A stretch of 64,000 bases of DNA from Haplodiscus bocki (Eukaryota): positions 8,928,001 to 8,992,000 of the forward strand of contig OZ296654.1 of NCBI GenBank assembly GCA_965655095.1, written 5' to 3'. Position numbers and translations under genes: made by a program. Under the pieces are notes generated by a model. The model ran no database searches and had not been told where the DNA came from. It saw only the letters and a list, made by a program, of their open reading frames with translations. Positions 22,801 through 31,700 of this stretch are shown in pieces (position 1 is the stretch's first letter; each line of letters begins with the position of its first letter).

Positions 22801-25460
22801 AAAAAAAAACAAGAATGCTCAACTGTAAGCTAAGCACAATTTGAAACCGCTGAAAAAACATCGATAATGTAATAGAAGAACTCATTATGGCGACTTTTGA
22901 CCAATTATTCGGAGTCAATTTGACAAACAAGTGACCAAATAGTGGCAGAGAACATTATGATCAGATGTCAATTTAAATACTTTTATCTTGTCAATTAAGC
23001 AAGCAAATGCAAGTTTTTTAAGAGAGTAGTGCTTTGAAAAGCGTTGAAAATTTTGTAGCCCTTTCCGGGATCACTCAAACCAAGTTATTTTCGGCAACGG
23101 TGAAATTTGTCTCACATGTTGACTATCTACTAACACACCCTGTATCAAAAAAGAGTTCATAGCTTCCTGTTATTTCATTTTTAATGGCGTTTAAATGTTT
23201 CTGACAAGTTCTATTTCTGTGCAATAACACCTTGAAACCGAGAGCCGAAAAAAGCTTCACACTTTCGAAACAAATTATTTCTAAAGACATTTTCAGGAAA
23301 AAAAAACCTGCAAAACAGGATTCGAATTCACTATTTTCGTCCAAAAACTCACAAAAAGTATTCACTACTGTTAGTCTTGGCTGGCCAGAAAACTGTCGCT
23401 GACACCGGCATCCGACACTCCGGAGAACTAAAAGTTTCGCAACCTGAAAAGTTTTCCATGTTCATGACTTCATTGATACTTAGTTAATGATTTTTTCCAA
23501 GGCTCGTTTTGATTCCGGAATAGCGGAACTACCGACAATTTACCGGCGTTCCTAGTGAGTTTATGGGCGTTTCATTTGAAAGTTTGGGGCGGCAGTGGCA
23601 TTTTCGCTTATATACCAACAAAAAAGCAGCGATCTCTCCGAAAAAAGACTGACCCGCGGAGCAGTCCGATTTGCCACCTTAATTTATTCGCCTTTTTGGC
23701 CTCCGTTACCTTTCTTGGTAGCACATAAAAACTTTCCACGTAGTCAGGCTCCGAACGGGATCTTGCGATGTTCCTAACACCCAAAAAAAAATCGAAAATT
23801 CAAGGTTTTTGCAACTTAGCGGATACGTCAACTTAGATCTGTTTCCGTGAATCCTGGTTCCTGGGTGGTCAGGGATGTAACCTTTTTAGAATCCGAGGCC
23901 GGGTAGGGTCCCGTTGCCGAGGTTAAATATTAGTCGATAAATTTTCATCTAGGTGCACTAGGGGTCTGGGAAGCCGATCTCGGGTCATACCCGATAGAAT
24001 TTATTCATAATTTGCATGCGGTCCTCAAATGGCGAGGTGAGAAAGGGGAGGAGGGAAAAAACTTTTTCCATTCACAACGTGATGAGTTATGACGGAATGA
24101 TCGTGTTTTTTGTCCCGATTTTGACTTCTCATCGCTTTAGTTCCACATCTACCCGATACAATTGGCCCAAATTTTGTGTGTGAGGCACAAATGATTTGAA
24201 CAATTTGCATGCCAAAAATTTTTGGCCCAGCTTTTTTTGTTCGGGAGATAGGCGCTGATGAATTTGTAAATTTTTGCAAAAAATGCGTCATTCCGTCATT
24301 TTTGATCGCCAAAACCAACTTTTTCTCGTATGCTAGCCTTCGCTAAGGATGCCAAAACTGAACCGGCAATTGATTTCGGTTAACCAGAAATTTTCGATCG
24401 AAATGCCGAAAAAAAATGACGGAAATGACGGATATTTTTGTGAGAAAAAAAAAATTTCCCGGGAAAGGATCGCTTTGCGCGTAAAAAGCGCCTAAAAACG
24501 CTGGAATTGATCGTTTTGCGCGTAAAATGCGGCTAACAATGCTTCGCAGCTTCTACACAAGTGGTCGTTGACACTTTGACAGTATTTTGTCTCATATGAC
24601 ACAGTTTTTTCAGCTAAACTCAAATTTAATCTAGTTAGGCGTTACTTATGTAAGTTATATTTTATAATCCTACATTTTTTCTCATCAAGTATAATGGCAT
24701 ACATAAAGTATATCTTGGATCAGGGCTCTTTGTTGGTTGTAGAATGCAATAGATGCTTCCATTACGTGTCATTCATTTTGAAAAATAAAAATAAAAGTTT
24801 TGGCAATAAGTTTTGCATTCCATTTCAATTGTTTGCCAGAAATTTTAAGTTTGTTATATTATTGTTCTGAGCATCTATGAGGTTCTTTCGTTTTCCTTGT
24901 TATGTTTTTTTGTAGAAATCAGCAGTGTTGGAACTTTCCACGTTTGCATTACGAGAGTTGAACCTCTTTCATGCCTTGTAAGTTGGAGTGTGTTATGTAA
25001 TTGTTAATTTTTTTGGTCAGTTTATGGTTGGCGTTCAACAAGCACCACTTTGGCATTCGACAAGGAATATTTTGAGAGTATACTTACTCAGCAGTTTGTT
25101 TTGTTTGGTGTACAACGCTAACAGTCCTCATTGTTTTGAATTTGAATCGTATTTAACTAATCATTTTTTCAAGTACTGCAAGTCTTGCTGAAATCACACA
25201 AGCATGGTATTTTCGGCATTAAAAACGAAAAGTCACTGAAGAGACAGTTAAAAATTCAACTGGTGAACTTCAAATATTCAATGCAGTGAATCTTTTGAAT
25301 TCAAATGATCCAACTGTTTTTGAAGTTCCTTTCGATAGAAGATTTTTCTGTAACGCATGTGGCTGTTTCAAAGCCTTCATTGACTGAGTTTTATAGATGT
25401 AGGCGCCGCCACTGAGTGTTGATGGGTGTACAGAGTTTTGACGAATCTCATTTTCAGAAA

Positions 25461-25763
25461 ATGGTTTACTCACTTTGTTTAACTTTGTTGATGATTTGGT
25501 CTTCTTTATGGACAGTTTTGGAAAAAGATGGAATTGTTTATGTGAACAATGTCGGAGAAGTCTTCAGCTCAGACGTCACCGTTGGGGAATTTTGTGTCTC
25601 TTTGTGTCTTCAGGATCACTTGCAGTTTATGAGGATCGGCAATTCTGATGAGGTTTCGATGACTCGCAGAATGTTACTTTTGTTTCTGTTGAGAAGTGGT
25701 ATAGAAACCAACCCTGGCCCGCCAAAAAAAAGAAATTGTGCAGAGAGCCCAGGAAATGCGTAA
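25461..25763 (+). CDS. Leader ORF with hydrophobic N-terminus and 2A-like (StopGo) motif; probably joined to the RepHel ORF by a -1 shift
   Basis: MVYSLCLTLLMIWSSLWTVL...RRMLLLFLLRSGIETNPGP-PKK. Conserved in copy 2, with 6 synonymous and 1 nonsynonymous change across the 2A-like segment. Confidence 0.7.
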   Translation: MVYSLCLTLLMIWSSLWTVLEKDGIVYVNNVGEVFSSDVTVGEFCVSLCLQDHLQFMRIGNSDEVSMTRRMLLLFLLRSGIETNPGPPKKRNCAESPGNA

Positions 25764-28700
25764 CATGTGGGCGTTTTTATGGCAGCAAAGACTGCTCCTG
25801 TTTCCAATCATCCATGGTAAAAGCCTCAGTTGGTGAAGACTATTTTGATCGGTCGCTGTTTTCTGCGCCATTCAATACCATGAGTCTTTTCTCGAACGTG
25901 CCGAATTCAACAGCTTTTTCATGCACAATCGCTAATTTGACGAGAATTTGCATTGTGTTTGGAATACCGTTTGTGGCAAAACCATTGAACACACACTTGT
26001 TGGGTGCCAAATCTTTGAACAGTTTGCATCCATCACAAACTCATCCTGTTCCAGGTGACGGTAATTGTTTGTTCTCTGCTTTAGCGGTGTCAATTGGGTC
26101 ACAATATTGGTATCATTCACAACTACGCCAGCGTATTTGTTTGGCTTTACCCTCCGTAGATATTGCTCCGCATTTTCTGGAAATTTACACAACCATTGAT
26201 GGAAATGTTGTGGTAGAGACAGCTTCAAACGTGAACGAATATTTGAATCGTTCCGGAATGAGATCGAATGGTGTGTATGGCACTTGTGTAGAGATCTATG
26301 CTTTCGCCCAAATTGCGGTGGCTGATGTTTACGTTTACCATTGCATGACAAAATTGTGGATAGTTTATAGCTATGCCGGAGATCGTGCTTCAATGGACGT
26401 TCCATCTGTCTTCCTGGTACATACTCATACAGGTAACCATTTTGAAACGGTAGCAGTGTTGTCGGCAGAAAATCCAAATTCACAGCAAAGTTTGCCTCAT
26501 GGTTGCGTCCAGAGTTCATTCCCAGATACGGCATCACAATGCAATGTGATTTCCGCGTCATTTCATGCGAACACTTCTGATCCAAAAGGTAGTGCGTGTT
26601 CTGAATTTAAAGTTTTGCCTCATTTGTGCGATGAAGGCCTCACATCACCCTCTGTTGGATTGGGCGGTATGCACAACGACCTTTTGTTGCCCAGCAACAG
26701 TTGTTTAAGCCTAGCGACAATTGAATGTGAAGAAAATGGTTCTAAGTGTGACCCGTTGAGCCCAGTTGTTTGCTTCAATGCCCTGCCTCAGGAGATTCAA
26801 TCCACGCAATCCGCACACAATGGCACAGCCACAATGATTATGAAGAAAGATAACGCCTGTCGTAATGAGGATGCCTCGAGTGACAATTGTGTTTTGACGT
26901 CCACTTTTTCAGCCGACAAAGCACAAAACAGAGAAATGTGCGGTAAATGTTGTCGAATTTCAACTCCTGCTTATCCTTTGCAATGGCAAACTCTTGAAAA
27001 AACAGCAATCAAACGAAGGAGATTTGGTTTGCGACCTACTGCTACCTGTCTGGTCTGCCAAAGTTGTTTCAATTACAATAATGGCGGAAATTGTTGGCGG
27101 TACGCTTGGCCTTCCGTGATTCATTCGTTACTGAAGGATCTCAGCATTCGAGATTGTACTATGAAAAAATTTGTTTCTTTTTTACCTCCCGAAATACGCG
27201 ACAGTTGGGCTATGTGTCAACATCTGCATCCTGCTGTTTCTATGGGTGATCCATCTGTTCTAGTTGATATAACAAAACGGAAGGAAGTTTTTCTGGACAA
27301 AATAAATTCGGGTAATTTCACTGATTTGGAGGAAGCCTTAGATAATGAATGTTATCCAAATTGTAGATGTCCCTTCGGTTGTTTCACATTTGTTGAAGAA
27401 ACAGGTCGAATCGGTTTCAACCACCTTGTAAATGGGATTTTGCCTTCATTCACATCGTTCAGCTCTGATTACTTGTACCATTTGCGAGGTGCAAGAGACG
27501 ATTGGTTGAAACCAATGAAAGTTTTGGATGCGTTTGATGTTTCCGGCTTTGTCAGTGTTAATGGGGCATATGGCCTTGTTATCGGAACTTGTGTGCAGCA
27601 TAACAATGGGTCTCACCTGCAGTATCTTCACCCGCCTGCACACCCGTCTCTGGGACGTCTCAGTGTTCCTACCAACGACAGATTAGCATTTGTTGCTCCA
27701 AATTTGCGTATTTTGAAGAATGCCAAAGCGAATTACGCTAGTCACACTTTCCAGTTGCTGAAAGCTGTCGGTAATTATTCAGGCATTAGTAGCATTCGCT
27801 TGAGCTCTCAACGCCGTTGGGATATTACTTCGGATCTGTTAGTGAAGGCGGAATCTCAATGTAGTTTTTACCGAAGCGATATTCAATATTTTTTGAATAG
27901 CTTAGTGTCCTCTGGCGAAATAACTGATGAAATCCGACAAGGCATTCAAAGTAAACCCAACATTGAACAATCGGCTGCTTGTCTTTCTGCGTCAACAAGC
28001 GTGTCAATTCTAGATACGTATCGTTTATTCAGTTCTCCTGGATTGACTGATGGACAACGCTTATGCGCAAAATTCAAGTCTGTGACGTTCGCTCAGCCTC
28101 CGAATTCGTTTGGTTCCTCTCCTCCAAAAATTTTGAGCTGCAAGACTCACTTTTTGTCGTTGTTGCAAACTTTATTTTGCATCTCTCCTCAACTGTGTCG
28201 ATCCATATCTGATTCAGCTGGTGTTGATAATGCGATTTTTCCTTTGCTGCAATTTTTGGACCCTGTAATTTTTCCAAGGTTCCGTCGCTGCACAAGGAAA
28301 ACTGTGGATGCGTCTATGAGTGATGGATTGTCGAAGTTGTTTACAAGATTTCCGGAAAGTCCATCTCGTTGTCTCAGTTTCGGTGTGTCACAATTTTGTG
28401 ATGATGTCATCCATGAAAACGTGGCAAGCCGTCAAGATATTTGGCATTTTTTGGAAGCTCAAGAATTTGAAGGTGTAAATGTCATACTTTTTTCATACGC
28501 GGGAGTAAATACTTTGCGTTCTAAATTCAAAGCTCCTCTGAACTTCCAAACTGCTCAGTCCGTTTTCGAGTTGAAATTTATTGCTACTGAAGGTTTAGCG
28601 ACTCGTAATAACATTCTTTTGAGGCATGGTGGTGTCTTTCAAAGTTTTTGGGTGTATAAAAGCAAAAGTATTTTTCCTGAACAGGTGAGGCTGCCTTGTG

Positions 28701-31700
28701 ATAGAGCGGTTGATCATTTTATTAATGACTATTGGAATATCTGTGTTTACTATCGACAGACCTTTGCCGATATTAGTGAGTTGCGGTCGAAATATTTTGA
28801 AACACTGGCAGGTCAAGGAAAATTCTTTTGTAAAAAGCATTCTCTGTTACTCACCCGTGATTTTCCTTCAAGTGGTTTCAAATGCTCATGTGGTAGAAGT
28901 TCTTTTTTACGTTGTCCAGTGTCTGGTTGTTTGGCAAGTGTTTGCAGGATGCATTCTGAAGATGAAAGTCAGGAAAAGCACTTTGTTTTTGATGGTAAAA
29001 AAAGGATCTTTGGTGAGTCCACAAAAAACTCAGCGTGCGGCTCAAGTCAGTTAGATGATTGTAGCTATAGCCGTGTTTCTGTCGATTCAGAGAATCGGTC
29101 CACATCGCCTACCAACACTGTCGCGTCCTCGGAATTTGTTACCAACCCTGGCCTTTTAGAGGAAGATTCTGAGGGATCGCATGTTTCGCTGCCTGTTACA
29201 ACTGCTGCTGGAGATTCAACTGTTGTTTTGGAACGTGATTTCCGAATAGACAGCACTGATTTTCAGCTCCCACTACATGTTTTATTGAATGGTCAATGCG
29301 GTTTACTGAAAAGGAGTAAAGGGTCTCCGTTGTATGTTGCAGCTAGACATAAGAGATTTCTGGAGAATATCACTGCAACGTCGCCCCCTAATTCTGTCCC
29401 TTTGCTTCAGTCGGAAGCCATGTTGTTTCCGTCCATCTTTTGGCACCAAAATACAGACGGCAGTTATTCGGGTGCAATACCGTCTCCTTTGTATAATGAT
29501 CACAAACAAAACGAATTGCTCGGCTTCGCTAGCTTAGAACAACATTTACAAACGCGCTTGAAAGATTCGTCTCTGTTGACGTCAACGGATCCTCGTTACG
29601 TCCAATACGTATTTGACACAATATTTAACCTACAGCTGCGTGTCAATGACACCAGAATAGTATTGAACAGAGGTTGGAGTGAAGCCGCTCGGCAACGAAA
29701 AAATGTACATGCCATGCGAGAAGGGGCAATTTTTTTTGATCAATGCGATTCTCGGAAGAATGTCAATGAATTGGGAGCAGCTTTGAAAGAACGACCAGCT
29801 ACATATTTTTTCACTTACACTTGTGGGCAGTCAACGCATCCTGGCTTGAGGAAGATTTTTAGTGCGTTGGACGCAAAGTTTCCGAAAGACGTCTGTAAAG
29901 AGGAGGTCCGAAAATCAGCGATTCAATCTGAAATGGTCACCATGTTGAGAGCGTGGGAACGAGCTTCTCGTCTTGTCATGAAGTACATTGAAACGTCACC
30001 CGAGCAGCCATTGGGAAAGGTTAATAAGATTTGGTATCGGTATGAGTTTCAAGATGAAGCTTGTGGGTTCCCTCATGTACATGCTTTGATTTGGACGGCA
30101 GAAGATTGCTTTAGTGAAGCAGTAAGGTCTAGAATTTGTTGCTCGGCAACAACGTTTCTGGGGAATTTATTGACTGAAGTTGGTTCGCACAATTATAGTT
30201 TGGATGAGTTGAACGAGTTACGAGATCTGTTCAACCGTTACCAATCACACAGCTGTTTTAAAGCTAAATTTCGTTGTCAGAAAAAAACTGACAAATTGAA
30301 AAGAAAAACGTGCCGCGTGCCCAAATACCCTCCTTCTGCTAATTTTACCTACAAATGTATTCACAAAGAACTGTCTGAGGAAACGATAGCAGTTTTGAAG
30401 AACATCGGATTAGCTGAGTCGAGTGACTTTGATTGTTCTGTCACCATTGATCAGCGCCTTTGTGGTGGCAAGCATCATTATCCAACAGAAAGTAACACGC
30501 ACACTTCTCCAACAAACGCCAAAATTTTTGCCCTCGTCCGATCTAGCACCAATCTACAAATTTGTGACATTTACATGAGTAGCCGTTATCTGTCAAAATA
30601 TGTTGCAGGCGTGGAGGAACGCGCCGAAGTTTCTATTTCTACGTCAAGTGCAACAGATTTGTATGACTTCCATGTTGATCAACAAGTGAACAACAAAATC
30701 GCTGGGGTATACTTGACCAATATGAGCAAGGAGGAAAAGCCAAAGAAAAAGTGTTTGAACTCTTGCATTTTGAGTTTAACGGAATCCGTGTGGTGGTCAT
30801 TGCGATTTCCTTACGTGGTGACCAATATACAATTCATTCATGTTGTCACTGCCCCGCGAGAGAAACGGGCTGGAATAGTCATTGAACCGAAATGCAGGCT
30901 TTCTAGTAGCAATCAGGGTCCTCTTTTTGGGCGCCAGAGTTCCATTAGACACAGCAAGGACTTTCCTCCTCACCGTTGCTTCACGGTTAATCAGAAGCTG
31001 CTGATAATTGATGCAGAAAAAAGTTCTCTTTCTCCAGACAAGATAACAGTTTTTGGTGTACGACCCCCTGAACTAACTTTTGTGCTCAAAGTGGAAAACT
31101 ATTTTACTTGGTTCTGCCGCTTCCGAAAGCCCTCAAAGTTGACACCAGAAAGTTTACTAAAGAGAAATGTAACCAAATCATATTGGGTGGATGGCCTCGG
31201 CTATTGCATATACCTTAATGCTTTGTACAAAGAAGCTTTTTTCAACTACTGTCGCAACTTTTCTAGTGGGGTCCGTCGTTTCTCCAGGCAATGTCATGAA
31301 GCCATTGCATGTACAACGAGCAGTTCAAGTCACAAGTTCATTTATGACAAAAAGGTTTGTCAAACTCAAGTAGTTTTATCGAACGTTGTTCCGAGGAACA
31401 CAACCAATTTTTTGACCCACATTCTGTTGTCTCTTGGAGAATACGTAACCGAACTTGACATTTTTTCTCAATCGAATATGAAATCTGCGTTCTTTGAGGC
31501 TTCTTTAGCGAGGTCTCATTTGGGATGCGAAGATTCCGAAGTTATTGATGTTGTTCGGCGCTTTGTGCTTGAACAATTACGCTATTATCCAGGATCATCT
31601 ACTTTACTAGATCGATTTGTTACGAGTGCCTATTTGTGCATCCAGCAAGCAGCACAAAATAATTCGGTCGTTTTTCCGTGCTCAACACCGCGCGTCTTAG

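Noticed and set aside
23897-23925. Resemblance of GGCCGGG...GGTCCC...GCC to the start of the HDV ribozyme
   Set aside because: I could not build the nested double pseudoknot or place the catalytic C; kept only as a generic structured end.
24025-24318. 97-aa minus-strand ORF similar to 38984-39301
   Set aside because: Non-ATG start, no recognisable motif and different stop positions; the similarity reflects conserved terminal DNA.
25736-25816. TTG (25736) or ATG (25814) as the true RepHel start
   Set aside because: Both are lost in copy 2 (TTT and ATT), and coding-type conservation extends upstream of the ATG to the A-run.
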